A program made the position numbers and the translations under genes. 64,000 nt of DNA from Styela clava. Lineage: Eukaryota. A model generated the notes under the pieces. It saw only the letters and a list, made by a program, of their open reading frames with translations, was not told the DNA's origin and made no database searches. The stretch is from assembly GCF_964204865.1 (NCBI RefSeq), contig NC_135257.1, positions 18,352,001 through 18,416,000 of the forward strand, written 5' to 3'. Below, piece by piece: positions 24,072-38,400 of the stretch. Every line of letters begins with the position of its first letter. Position 1 is the stretch's first letter.

Positions 24072-24994
24072 TCTGCATCAAATAAAAGCGAAGAAACCAC
24101 TGCTGTGATAAAGCGTTCAAGATCAATTCAATTGAGACAGGTTACAGTAATCTGCTCAGCTTAACCTGATGGTAGAATTTGTTTTCTTTTTCCTAGTATT
24201 ATTAATAAACGAGCATTATTTATATCCATATTGTAAGAGCATCAGTTCAGTTGTAAATCCCATATTCATCATCGCCAGATGTTCGATATTGTACATTTAA
24301 ATATAATTTCATAAAAATAATGAAAAATAAATAAATAGCAGTATAGCAACTGGTTCACCTAATTGCACATGATAGCTATTGAATAAAGGTTACTCCTGTA
24401 GTATTGTATGACCAGGTTAGGGCCGGGCCATAATTTCATTCCGATTTTCCTTATTTTAGTTCTATTACGAGTTCAGGGACTGTCTGTGTAAGCCAAGTGA
24501 ATTTCCCCCTGCCATAGGTTTCAGTCTCTTCACACAACTTGATGTAGAGTAGGCAAACAGAATTAGTTACCGCCATATTGGTACACATATTTGTGGAGCG
24601 CCAAATAAAGTATTTATACATAATTTTTTTATAAATTGGGTTCCCTTGTAAAATTATAGGATGCCCAGATGCCTTTTGGGTTGACAAATGGGGATCAAAA
24701 GTTAGGATTGGTTCACAAAAGGGCAGAAATTACTATAAACATTCCACAAATTTTGAAAACAGCTGAAATTTTATATGATAAAATTGTCAACTCGCTAACA
24801 ATAAAAAGAATGGCTTTTTTGCAGCTTTGTAATGGAATGGAATATAGTTAAAGTAGCCCATGCATTAATATTTTCGCAAATCACTTAAAGATGTTAAAAC
24901 GCCGAGAACTACTATTCAATGTATGGCCATGCATTTATATAGTGCAATATTATAAGACGTTGGTTTCCAAACGGGGGCATGTGGCCCCCTAAAA

Positions 24995-25210
24995 GGGCCA
25001 TAACCACGGCCTCTTATCCAGTTACCCGTCCACGTTAGGTATGGGATCACTTAGCCTGTTATTTGTTCCAGATGACGAGATTTGGAGGTGGAGAAAGCTG
25101 TAACCGATAAGCGGTTACATGAACCACCCTACGTCAGCGAGGAGTCCAGCAATCCTCTCGCACATAATTATCTCCAACAGGATTCGAACCAGCAAACCCA
25201 CGCAGGCATC
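24995..25210 (-). mobile_element. SINE copy (partial)
   Basis: AACCACGGCCTCT..GGAGTCCAGCAATCCTCTCGCACATAA..GGATTCGAACC matches 16710-16915. Confidence 0.8.
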
Positions 25211-26693
25211 AGGACCTGACTCAGTAAATGAAACAGCGTGAAAGATATTTGTTTTTGTGGCGAATCTGCTTGATATCCCTATGATAATGTGGTGAAACCA
25301 AAGGTTAGTTCATACCAATCAACAGTTTCTGTAACCTCCCATCTTTACTTCACATGATGCAATACAATTATTTATATCCAATATTTTTAAGGCAACGTTT
25401 ACCACACTAGAAGTTATAAAGTACTACTAAACCTGTGGAAAAGAGAAACAATTTGATAGAAGAAAAGGAATTAATCATGGAGAAAACACTTCACACAGTG
25501 GATTGCTAAAAACAGACGAAAGATGATTTTTGAAGAAAATATATATTGGCAGTTGGCACTAATATTTCCAAACTTGAAAAAGCATTTGCTGAAGATTGTA
25601 TGAGGAACAAGTTTGAGGTCAAGTTCTGACACGGGAGACGGCAAAATAAAACCCTCAAGCCACTGTCTAGCCTGCGAAACCTATTTATGTGGCTCTTAAT
25701 AATAAAGACTTGGTAATTGGTATACAAGCTAGAGGTTCATCAAAACAAACGGCGCTATTGTACAAAAAAACGCCCAGGTACTAGTTACAATAGCATTGTG
25801 GATCAAATTTGGATTGGGTCAAAAATAACACGATTCTGTAAAATCAGTCATAAAAAGATCGCACCCGGGAATCATCTTGCAGATGAGCAGCACTTGGAAG
25901 CTGAACTTCGAGTTGGTAAAAACTAACAAGTTTTTCGATGGCCGCCATCGCATCACTAAAATTTAAAGTTTTGCCCCATTGCGATAACAATCGGTAGCTG
26001 GACGCCTCTGTTTTGATTGATACAAAATAAAGTAAATACCTTTACATTGGTATAAGTTAAATATAAAAATAAAGTATAAATAATAAATGAACATTGGTAA
26101 AAAGATGTGAGTAATCTCATTATAAGTAATACTGGACACTCACAAAAATGCCTAAATTCTAATATCATGTTCATAAATAAATCAAGGTAGTTGAGATGCA
26201 GTGGCAGGATTGATAAATACTATCCAATGATTACTAAGGATTTAAAATTTACCACTTTGTCACATCTTGCAATAATCATGATTGGTGTAAAATAGCATGT
26301 GTTAGAATCTGGTGTACATCTCATGACATATCTATTGAAATAGAAACAGCAATACAAGAGGCCTAGATATTTCAAGATCCTCATTACTTTGGATGAACTT
26401 AAGCCATTGTTAATACCCTATTGTGTTTTTCTGTCTTGCCAAATCGAGTTTATGAAATGTCCTACAGTCTCTCCACACAAACGTGAATTGTTCCTGCCTC
26501 AATATGCAAAGCAATGCTTAGAAAATGAATAACCTTTGCAGGCCATTACTCTGGAAGCCTTTTTCAGATTTTGTAGATAAGTTGCCATCCATTTTTTTGT
26601 CTGCAAAACACTGGTCTAAAGACTTGAGTGAGGTGTAGAAAATGTGAGGAAGACAGCCATATTGACAGCCCGAACAAGGACTTGCATTTAAAA

Positions 26694-28540
26694 TCAAGAT
26701 GCTAAAGTCTCTGATGCATTTGCATCAAGCAGTCGTGCTTTTAACAAGGGCATTTCTTTTTTCTTCCATCTTCTTCTGCAACCTCTTGGAAGATAACGAC
26801 AAACATCCAAATTAAATTCTTGGATGTTTGAAAAACAGGTCAGCATTTCTAAAACCATTCCTGAGATGTTGGTATGGCACATGGAAAGAATAGAAATTGA
26901 TTGCCAATACAGAATATCTGCACAGGAACATAGTCGTGCATTCAAATTATCATAATAATCGAGATGAATTTCTTTTAAGGATCCACTCAGATGAAGCAAT
27001 AGAGCAGATAGACTTGATCCATAGAATCCTGATATGTCAAGAACTTCGATTTTAAGACAGTTCTCCAGAGAGGGGATCAAGCAGGCGACATCCATTCTAC
27101 GATTACTCAAATTGACGTTCCTTATATTGCGACTTTTTGACATCATTAAAGCAAGCATTTGATTATCTGGTTCGTTAGCAGTACAATATTCATTAATGGA
27201 TAAATCCAAATCTTCTAGCTCTGGAAATTCAACTTCCAGACAGCCTCTGGTATCCAAATGCATGTTCGTTAAGTGTAGCACCCTCAAATGTTTTAAACTT
27301 TTTATATTGGATATGTTGAAAGATCGTCCACATTCAATTTTAAGAATGTTAAGATTCCTCAAGTGGATGAGCGAAATTTGTATATCACGTGGAAATTCGG
27401 GATTGAATAATTCAAGATGTGTTAGTTGTTCGCCAGCTCCTAGAAAAATTGATTTAATCAAAAACCTTTAATAATGGAGTTACACGAAGATGGTTCAAAT
27501 ACAGGCGAAATATGTGGAAATTAAACAGGATATCTGAGCTGATTTACATATTTAAAATAAGATAAGACGGTCCAATCACATGGCGACACACAGCCTCTCG
27601 TCCGGTTACGAGTTCATGTCGGGTATGGAATTAGTTAGACAGTTATTTTGTTTATGGATGCATGGACTTGATGATGGATGAACCTGTAACCGACCAGTAG
27701 TCATGTGAACTACCCCCTGTGGTGGCGAGGAGCCTAGCAATCCTCTCGCACATAAAGTTTCCCCCTGTGAATTTGAACCTACAAGTCCTGAAATCCATGC
27801 ATGGTAATCAGAGATGTGGTGGCGAGTGTAAAGGTATCCCTAACGCTTAGCGCGATGCGCCATGCCATCTTATTAGTATATATGTATGATAAAAAAACAT
27901 ACAAAAACAAAAAAATCGCAAGACCTGACAAAATTTTTCTGATATCAGATGTAGGAATTGATGTGTGAGATATACAAAGTTGTTGGAGCGATGACGAATG
28001 TCGATCTGCTACAGTTTGTAGGCAATTCTTTGTTGAGATTGAACCACATCTTTGAATTGAAAGTATTAGTATCTTTCTTGCATAATTCAAAACTGTTTTT
28101 ATAAGAACTGGAGCAATCATGGTAAACCCACTGCATGTTAAACTTTCCACAGAACTAAAGTGAGCTTCTGCCATTAATTCAAATGACTTTATGTTCTTTT
28201 TGAATGCTTGTTGACTTTTCACCAAATATGGAGCGAAATGTAAATCTGACCATAAAAATGGTATATTAGCAGTATTTCTCCAATGTCTGCAAACCTTAGA
28301 TAATCTTAGAAGGCAGGGTAACATTCCTGTATCCTGCTTTACTAGATATTCAAATATTTGTGCCAAAACTTCTGCAGGCAAATATGCCCATTCACTTTGG
28401 ACTTGTTTTACATGTTTATGACATAATTGTGTTTCTCCAGTCTCAGGCTGTGATACAATCTCCCTCAAGTTCTTTCGTCTTTTTTTCAGTGGTGGCATTT
28501 CATTGTTGTTTTCATCTAGCTGGATCTTTGTTTTATTCAT
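26694..28540 (-). CDS. FBXL6: F-box/LRR protein, FBXL6-like, 2 exons (28540-27925, 27439-26694), 453 aa
   Basis: F-box WAYLPAEVLAQIFEYLV...MLPCLLRLSKVCRHW...LW, followed by LRRs and a C-terminal FNLDVCRYLPRGCRR resembling FBXL6. A phase-1 GT-AG intron joins the two ORFs in frame. Confidence 0.85.
27525..27870 (-). mobile_element. SINE copy in the FBXL6 intron
   Basis: Full-length diverged match to 16636-16981. Confidence 0.8.
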
Positions 28541-28592
28541 GACTGTTGTGGTAGTATGATAGGTAGGAAAAATAAAACCTAATAACCCGTAA

Positions 28593-28840
28593 AACGAGAA
28601 TATCGATCGGAGACCGAAGACTTATCGATCTTAGATCGGTAATTAGTTAATAACTCGCTAATTATACGACATAATTAACCCAAAATCTATAGGCTTCTGG
28701 TAGGTAAGATGCATGCACATGCAAAATTTGGAACAGATTCAACCACGCGTTCGTGAGATATCGCGTTCATCTAACAGACACACAGACAGACAGACATACA
28801 TACAGACAAATACCATACAGATCTTAAGATCGATAAGTAA
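28593..28840. mobile_element. Helentron/HINE (DINE-1-like) non-autonomous element
   Basis: Asymmetric inverted repeat ACTTATCGATC / GATCGATAAGT, (CAGA)n microsatellite, inserted in an A-run without TSD; absent at the paralogous site ~49743. Confidence 0.65.
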
Positions 28841-29094
28841 TCAGTTAGGACAGGATTTAAACATTTATCTCAGGGGCTGGGGGGAGCGGAAATCCAATAA
28901 ATTGGCAATTCACCGAAGAAAATTTTTTTACAGAGGCATTCAAGAGTTTTTAGCATAAAACGCATTGGAGTACAACTTCAAACTAAATTTTAAGCAAAAC
29001 TAAAGGTGATAAACGTATGCTTTCTTGCGCTTCAATGTACTTTCTGCCTAAACGTTTACATAACACACGTAAAATTCCAATCAATTGTTTACTT

Positions 29095-29673
29095 CAGGAG
29101 TGTGCAAAGTGCGGCCCGTGGGCCAAATGCGGCCCGCAAGGGAAAATTGTGCGGCCCGCGGAGACAACTGGAGAGCATTTAAAAAAATTAATATTAAAAA
29201 ATACAGAAACTAAATGAGTTTTGGTTACAGCTTATTAATTGTTTTTGTCTAAATCTAACCCAGAATAGGGTTTGACAGCAAATTATTTGGAAATGAATCT
29301 TGGCGTATTTTACTGAAAACATCTCAACCAAGATAACTTTCCACATTTCAAAAGGTTTCAAATATGGCACTTTTTTGTAACTCACTTTTTTCTAAAATGG
29401 GTGTCATATCGAATTGCTGGCACTTCTATTTAAGCAAATTTGGGTAAAAGTATTCGGATATGACAAGATATTTGAATTACAGTTTTAAGAAATTCATGCG
29501 TTTAAACTCATCATTTCTGCAAGGACCCCCAATGATGACATGAGATCAACAACAAAAAGACTCGATTTTGGGCCTGCAACTAATAGAAAGCCTGTGTTAA
29601 ATGAAGGTGCGGCCCGCTGTATTACCCGATTATTGATAATTGGCCCGTCTGCGAAAAAGGTTGCACACCCCTG
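29095..29673. mobile_element. Charlie-type hAT MITE
   Basis: TIR CAGGAGTGTGCAA / TTGCACACCCCTG; perfect TSD GTTTACTT; empty site at ~50367 in unit B. Confidence 0.9.
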
Positions 29674-30678
29674 GTTTACTTCATCACTATTGTCTATTGC
29701 TGTATTGAGCTACGCAAAAATCCATTTACTGCGTAGTGAAAATACACAGCGATTACAGACTTTTTTTTTTTTGCCAAATAAATTCCAATGCCAAACAGAA
29801 TTTTTGTATTAATATTTTGGAATCGAATCATTTTAAATACGGTAGGCTACATAGTTTTTGTTTCCATGTTTTTGTTTTATCAATTTAAATAAATCCCATC
29901 CCCGCAATATATATCAATAGTACAGTAGTAGAGTAAAATCCAAATAAATACAAAATTCATACCCTTACCATTATATCATTAATTTAAGGTAATATAATCC
30001 ATAGCCTACGGTATATGTCCAAAGAAGTTGAGTTATTCTACATGTAATCCACTCAGCAGTTATATATAATTTTAATTTACAGATAATCAGTTTATTTTAG
30101 TTAGCATGAAAAATGGAATAAAAATACAAAAATTACACAGGGAATATGGAAAAAACCACGCTTTTGTATTGGGTTTTTCCTATTCACCACCTCTGACCTA
30201 TACCGGTAGTCCATACACCATCTTCTTATGAAAATGATGTACCGATAATACAATTTCAATAATTTTCACAGTATGGTGTTGCATATCGCTGCTTGGCTTG
30301 CCTAACGTTTTCAAAATTCACTACCAATACCTTCGGACAACCACTAGGTTTAAAATACAGTTTACAAAATGAAGAAGTGCAATAAATTGTCATCGCTAAT
30401 TTATTGACAGTTATTATGCATGGACGTATTCCCGACCCTTGACCCCAGAAAAATAAAATCGCTAAGACGTTTGGATTGCATTTTGCTGAAATCGCCGATT
30501 ATTTTCGTCAGCGTGACGTGTTATTTAGGTGGTAAACATCTTTATTTCGGTGTTTATTTTCCCTAAATCAGAAATTCTCTTCAACAGATGTTTTGTGCCG
30601 CGAAGACGATGATAATTACTTTTTTGTTCTCGCACGGAACCATGACACCTATCAGAAAAATGAGTTATTGGACACATA

Positions 30679-31036
30679 CCGTGTTTCCCCGAAAATAAGA
30701 CCTAGCCTGAATTTTATAAATGATTATAATACAAGCTCTCCCCTTAAACTAAGACCTAGCCAATACCGCGATTTTTTTGACCTAGTCGATATCAAGAAAT
30801 GTATCCTACACGTTTTAAATGATTAATCCAAAACGCTTGAGAGAGGAAAACGTTGTATTTATAAGTAAACGGTTATCGGTTTTCATATTTTAAATATTTA
30901 AAAATTTCGTTATTCTCTACTATGTATTTTTGTTTTTTTAAATGAAAATATAAGACATCCCTCGAAAATAAGCCCTGGTGGTATTTTTCGAAGGAAAATT
31001 GAAATAAGACCCGGTTTTATTTTCGGGGAAACACGG
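30679..31036. mobile_element. Tc2/pogo-like MITE
   Basis: TIR CCGTGTTTCCCCGAAAATAA, TA on the left, repeated AAATAAGAC motifs. Confidence 0.82.
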
Positions 31037-31074
31037 TGATGGACGTTTTGATATTGGACACGTCAGTGTACATA

Positions 31075-31977
31075 ACGATCGTTTCAATATTATGTTGTTG
31101 TTCTTGTTATTAGTATTCTTCTCTTTCGTCGTGATGAAATCGCTTTTCTTTACGAATACTGGACCGATTGCTTTGAAATTTTCAGTGGGTGAAGATTAAT
31201 TTTTTTTTGCCAGAAGGCTATTACTTTTACTTATTTCAAAAATTTCTGTGGACTACAAGAGATTCGTTTTTTATATGTCAGATTAAAAATTAGCGACACT
31301 TTGTGACGTGTTGATATATTTGAGCACAGCTCTCTTGTTATGTTGTTGTTGTTGTTCTTGGACATAGAATTTTATCGTTGTGAAAACCGTTATGCTTATG
31401 CTTCAATATATGTATTTTTTCTCTTTTTATTGATAAAAACATCACATTTATAAAGACTCTAGGCCACAAATACAATTTCACTTCAAAAAAACGAGCTTAT
31501 AATAGTTTTCCACTTCTCCTTACAGTTTATCATTTTCAGTTGCAATAGTTTTTTCACAGTTAATAATATTTTTTTTATCATATATGAAAATTGACAAAAT
31601 TGAGGCCTTTCATTACGAAGTTTACATTTGTATTTATAATATCTGGCACCTAATAAAACACAATTTATACCTTGTTTTTTTTACCCTACCCTCAATAAAA
31701 ATTTCTCGGATCTTCTGAAGTATGCGCACTAAGATGGCGCACAACCTGAACTCAGGTTGTGTACCAGGTTAGAGTTCAGGTTATGCAACATCTTGGTGCG
31801 CATACTTCGGGAGAACCAATTTCTCTATGTGTCAAATTAAACCTTTCGTTAGTTTTGTTGTTTCTCAACAACTAATACATTTGTTGTGATTTGCTTGCCC
31901 ACATACCCACTAACTTATCAAACTGCTCGTTCGCTGACTACAACATGTAACACGCACGTTTTGTGACCCTCGCTAGT
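31075..31977. mobile_element. Probable HINE/DINE-1-like element (boundaries approximate)
   Basis: (GTT)n tracts, core ACTGGACCGATTGCTTTGAAATTTTCA, ends ...CGCTAGTT. Confidence 0.45.
31708..31817. mobile_element. 110-bp palindromic MITE, Merlin-like (relatives at ~5461-5646, ~24405-24602, ~49254-49435, 50416-54033)
   Basis: GG termini, TIR GGWTCTYCYGAAGTATGCGCAC, perfect 8-bp TSD AATTTCTC. Confidence 0.7.
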
Positions 31978-34900
31978 TTAAGATTGTCTTGGCAAGTTCA
32001 GAAACAAGTAGTTTTAAAGTTTTTACAATTCAGATAGAAAATTGGTCATGTTTGAAGACAAAATTTAGTACGAAAACCTAATTATTGATGAAAAAAAAAA
32101 ATATGGCCGTGGTTGGTAGTTATGGTTCTGGAACAATGCTGGAATCGTTTGGTTTGCATTGCTTTGGTAATTTTGGGGAAGTATTTTATTTTCCTTATGC
32201 TGCTAAGAGGTCGTACAATACATAGTGGATTGCCTACAGCAGTTAATTTAGACAACTGAATTGCACCCTAACACCTGGCCTACATGCATTTAGGCACATA
32301 ATGATTAGAATCAAAAAAATATTTTTAAACTATTTTTAAATTTTGTAGAACATTTGCGTCATTTGCTGAAAATCACTAAAAGGGTCTTGTATCTTGCACA
32401 AGTATTGGAAGCATTATATTAAAATACACCCTGGTATTCGAATGCGCCAGGAAGAAACACCTGCGTTACATGCAGGGACGTGTCAAACTTTTTTGCCACC
32501 CGGGCGAGTTTCTCATTGTAATGCCCCTCATACCTAACTTCAAAAATAATAAGAGGGTAAAACAAATTATAGATGTTGTTATACACGAGTGTGAATCAAT
32601 CAAAAATCAATTAAGAGTGAAATATTTGTAATATTATTATTTCAATCATCTAACTAAGCAACAAACTCACCTATAAATCGTGCTTTCCTGGGCGGCTGCC
32701 CCCACCCTGCCCCTGGTTATATGTTACACGCAACTTCAGAAATGGCCCTTTCCCAATCCGATATTTCAAAGTTGTTTTTGATGATAATTTAATGTCTCAT
32801 CTTGCAGAACACTTCAAGTTGTATTTAGAGCGAAAAGTCGGACTTAGTTTGAAAGTTTGACAAAATGTGGAGTGGGTGGAATTGCATAAAACTCTTGGCG
32901 TTTATGCTTGAAAGCAAAGTATGAGTTGGAAAAATAAAAATATATATTATGGCGGTAATAAACCTTGTTATGCACTTAATTTTTAGCATTGTGAAATGTG
33001 AATAGGGTTGGCATTTCAAATCGAATAGTAAATGTTTGTAATCGGACAGACGAAAATTTGGAATCGCCGCCATCTTTTTTTGTTCACTAAAGATCTACGT
33101 CGGTCCTTGCGAGTGATTTATTGATGAAACAGATTTCTTATTCTGTGTGAACACAAAACTAACTGGCTGAATGATGAAGTGTATGTTTTCGGCAATTCAA
33201 TAAAAAAGTCGCATTCAATTACCAATCTTTCAAGTAATCGAGATTTGATTAGAAAAATATTCGATTTAATTCTAAAACCACTAGGTATTTGAAAATGCCC
33301 AGCTCGAATTGCTAACAAACGTTCATGAAATTATGATAAATCTGCTAGGCAACCGAATAGAGGATTCGTATATTAGCGCGTATATCCAATGGTTTAACAT
33401 ATGAGCCAAGTTTAACACAAATACATTTATGTGCCACAGTGAAGATCAGTATCTGAAAATATTTACATGGACGATGTTCGGAGAGTTTAGCAAACATCGA
33501 ATGTGTATATTTTTTGATATGCTGTCGTCCATGCATCGATTTTGAACTACGTGATAGTGCGGGTAATCGTTAGGAGAATCAATTGTATAAAATCGTTATC
33601 AATGTCCCCATTTTCTCCAGACTATCCAATAGATCTCAATCTAGCGATATTTGGACATTTCATATCAATAAAAAAATTAGTAGAAGCGGATTTTTTTCGC
33701 TATGTGGACAAGTTTAGCAAACATTTATGATCGAAAAAGAGAAAAAATTGGTTTGAAATGTTTTTACATAAACTGGAAAAGTGAGTTTTTTTCGAGACTC
33801 AGAGAACATATAGTCAATTTCGTTGTAAAGTTGATCAATGATAGTGTTCAATATTAGTAGTTTTATTGCAGTAATGAGGATTTTAAGAAATTCACTAATC
33901 ACCTTTCTTTCATGACGTTGTTTCGAACAACGTTACAGAACTCGATGATGACGTCATCAATACGTCATCATTTCAATATATATGCTATTGACATCGTAAA
34001 TACCCCATTTCAATACAAAAATAATTTTTTCTTTGTAAGCAAAAAAGTCATGAATGAAAGGCTTAAGGTTCAACCCGTACTCAAAAATTAGTTTTGCTCT
34101 GAATTTTCAGTGATTAAAGATTGAATTTTGCTACCGTGTGGCGGTTCCGCGGACGCATACCAGCCGATTCCGTGCTCAGCGAACGTCGTTGGACCTGGTA
34201 ATTAGCAGAAGTGGGAAGTTTTTTTATGGGAAGCGGTGGAATGTGGGACCTGATCTGGTAATACAGAAGTGACTCGGATAAGTTGATATTTGAATTCACG
34301 TTAAAACTGAATCTCGAAGAATGGATCATCGTAACAGGACCTTTAAAAGCTACGCTGTATGCAGAGTTGTTTCTGAGATTTGGTCGAGTTGTCCGTGTAG
34401 TGTAGCTGAGTTGTTCGGCTTCTCATTTTCGGGGAGTTGATGATAAAATATTTAGTTTTGCCTCCGTGTCCACATATTTGAGCACGGCTCTTTTGTTTTA
34501 TACTCATCAGCGACGAAATGCCAAAGATAGAATAAAGGAGTGAATCCGCAACACAAAATTTCTCGATTGAAAACGGAATTATAAAATACTCAAAACTATT
34601 AACGTAAAACACCATGCGTTTTGTGTTAGGATAACCCGCGATAGATTAAAAATGCTTTTTTAGACATTGCCAATCTCCTATATTCCTTGTGCATGCGGTA
34701 CACCTTTGGTGTTTTAAAAAACCATCGACTGGAAATGAATTTTACTCTATGAGATCTTATCGCAGACTTGGGAATTTTTCTAACGGTAATATCTTCATTA
34801 ATTAAAAATAATCGAGAGGCAGCATCGCGATGGAGCGGAGTAAGAGTTCCAGGGACAGCCTAAATTGGCATCATTTGCAATGATATGGATCAAAACAAGA

Positions 34901-35469
34901 TATGATCGGTCACTTTCCCACACATTTTTAAATATGCCCGTATTATTCATGTATTGAATATTTTATCAACAGAAAAATCATAACATATCCGTTGAAAAAG
35001 TCGGCTTTTCAACGAGTGGCGTTATGTCGACGATTGTCTCAGAAACCGTACCGCATGTATTACGAGGCGAAGGATATATATTTGTTACAATTACTTGACT
35101 TCTAGATATATTTTTTTCGAATCGAATCTCGAATCAAAAATCTTCGAATAGAATCTTTCCGAATCTGAATCCGTTAAGCTTTTGTTTCATCGAATGCATG
35201 GGTTTGCCTAAAGTCACAAAAATCTAGAAGAAATAAACTTGACAATGAAATATCAACACACAAACGTGGCAAAGATGGCAAAGTTTTTTCAGTGAATGAG
35301 CCACACATATATTCCCATCACGATAAAAAATATGTAGGCCATAGACATCACCAATATCTGCATTGATGAAAAACTGAGGTTACAATTTATCTGCGAGCCT
35401 TACAATACTGGATTATTATTGTGTAGATTTGCGCTTTCATACACATGCAGTAATTGTATCAGGACTGAG

Positions 35470-38400
35470 GCCATTTGATGAAATTCATATGTGAAAATGT
35501 TTTCAGGGTTCATGTCATAGACATAGTAACAGCACTGCTTTCCGTAGTCCCACACCGGTAGATATGACTATGGTATTTCATTCATTGTTACATTGAATTA
35601 AAACCCAGTTTAGCCCAGTTTCCTGGAGCCATTTTGTATGGCCTCTTTTGAATTTTTTCATTATCGTCAATCATAAGACCCAAAAACGTCACTCATGGCT
35701 TTTTAAAGGCGTATGCTAAAGTGCATTTCCGCGAGATGACGCTCATGCGCGAGTATCCAATATGAATTTACATTTGCTGATGATTTGGCTGCGGGACTAA
35801 CTACTTATCCTTTTTCTATGATTTTGTGCCGGCGGATCCGTAATCATATATTGCAAGGATGCTGTAGCAAGAGTAATGACAACTATCCTAAGTGATTCAA
35901 GAATCTTGCTGCACACTAACACAAATATATTTCTCGCCTGAATCACTTAGGTAAATTTACATTGGGGACCTTATGTCAAAAATTTGTAAAAAACAACCTT
36001 GAACTTGTGTGTTAATCGCATCTGGTAGAGCAGGGGTCACCAAACTTTTTTGAATGCGGGCCGGGTATGACTCAAACTGTGTTGAAACGGGCCGGACAAA
36101 TATTTTTGTCAATGCAATACAATAAATTCACAAAAATTGGGAAATCCATTCAATTTATTCAACAATATATATTCTACATTTCTGAAGACTTGAATATTAA
36201 ATTCTATATATATCGCAGAATATAGATCGAGAACATCCTAGGAAAACAAATACACAAGATTTCTATATATATATAGACGACAATCCTGAGTTTAGCTGTT
36301 ATAAAAACGTTGCACGACTACGGACTGCCTGCTGTAGCATGGAATTCCATGAAATTTCGACATAATTTAGATAAAATAAACAACTATTATCTGGTATTTG
36401 ATTTTTATTCATTAGCGCATAAATTTCCCAACATTAGGAGCTTTTAAAATTTCGCTCACGTTATACGTGGTGCAAATTAATGATATTGTCTATGGACACC
36501 AATAAAATTTATGTGGACGTGTGTATTTCTTTCCCAATTTGATACATGATACTTACCAATTTTTATGCAGTTTGTACAATCAGAACATCGTTCAATTTTA
36601 CCCATAATGAACCACTGTCAAAATCATGCACAACTCCAGCGTTTATTTGCAACGAACTTTCGGCGGTGTCAAGACCGTTGCCAGAATAAAATCCTGAAAT
36701 AGTCTCAATATTCCATAGATGTGACGCAGATTGAAAGATTAGTGATTGATATGTTTTTTTTTCATATTTATAACAGTTCTTATCAAAAAAGTTTTTATAA
36801 ACTGGATATCGTTTTCTTATTTTCACTCCGATCTATCCACTGGCGCAGTTTTCATTCAAATCGGATGAACTTTATTTTTTTTTTGTAACTTACCTACATG
36901 AATATCCGCATTTAAGCAGTACAAAAATTAGTGTGCACATTCGACGTTCATTTTAGCACGAAGACGTAAACAGTTTCGGCGAGTGCATCTTTCGCAGAAA
37001 ACGTTGCCTCCCGGTAGAAAATTTTAGCCTATTTTGTCACAGCTATTTCTTAGACTAATTTTTCATTACTACTATTAAAACTACAACTCCTAAAGAGGCA
37101 AATGATGATTGACTTATTCGATTCATACTCAAATTTCTCAAACACAACCAGAAACTAACGAATAGCATTCAGAATCGCAAAAACGAAGTATTTTTTACAA
37201 CCACGACTGAAAATCTGTCAGGGTGACGAAAGTGTCTGAGCGGATGCGAAAAGGCCCATTATTACGTCATTTTTTTGCATCTTGCTGATTGGCCGATGTT
37301 ACGAAATAAACAAGGAAGACGATGGTCGAGAAAATTTTTCTTGGAAAAATATTTGGCCACTTTTGTGTGTTATTGCGGGCCGGATAAGATGACGACGCGG
37401 GCCGGATCCGGCCGGCGGGCCGTAGTTTGGTGACCCCTGTGGTAGAGGGTTAAGTACTAATTAAAGGCATTTAATTCAAATTTGATCGTTTTCTTGTGTT
37501 ATTTCCCAGCAAAACAATACCAAAACCATTATCATAGCTAAAATAGTTACCGGTGTAACAGCCGTTCTTTGTTACCTGGACGACAGCAACTGCACACTAG
37601 ATATTTTTTAACAGTTCAATAACGCGGTCTTTCAAACCCCAAGTTTGTATCCTCAATCCAGAATCACACAACTCGGAGTTTAATTTTAAGTTTAATTTTA
37701 TCTTTTTCTTGTGGTATTTTTCGACAAAACAGTTCGATAGCCATTATCCTGGCTAAAATAGTTACCGGCAATCACAATTGTATTCACGGAATTTGCAAAT
37801 TCGACACTTCACTTGACTTATATATAACGTTCGCCCTAATTATCACTGCATATAGGCTTCGAAAAGCATCGAATGTAATAATTGTCGATCAGAATAGGGG
37901 CAGCAAGTCGTAAACAACCCAAAAAGTGCCGTTACACGTCACAGTGGCATTGACGAGCAATAATTGGTCGACTCTGAATCTCGATCAAACGTGGGCATTG
38001 GAGCTAAAGTAAGACGACATTCGCATATTATTCTTGGTCTGGTATGAAATCTGGCGCGTGTTAACTTGTAACGTGTACAAGTTGCCATTCCTCATGCATC
38101 ATCTACTCCCACCTGTTCGTTATGACATTAGCTGGAAATAACTCGAAATATTTTATTCCGCACTCGTATCGCACTAACAAAATAAAAAGAAAATACTATA
38201 TTTTTTTCAATGTAACTGCTGGAAGAAGAAACGTACACTTTGAATAATTTTTACATGGAATTCCATGACAACAATTCTTACGGTATTTTCCGCTAAAAAT
38301 TACTCAAATTGCATTATAAAAATTACAGGACAATCCCGTTTTTACATCCCAAATTGCAGGGAATTCCCAGTAATATTTATCTGAATTTCCAAGTTGATTT

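Noticed and set aside
20351-27471. Antisense ORFs over TPMT and FBXL6 (20351-20620, 22141-22332, 27196-27471)
   Set aside because: Shadows of real coding sequence on the opposite strand.
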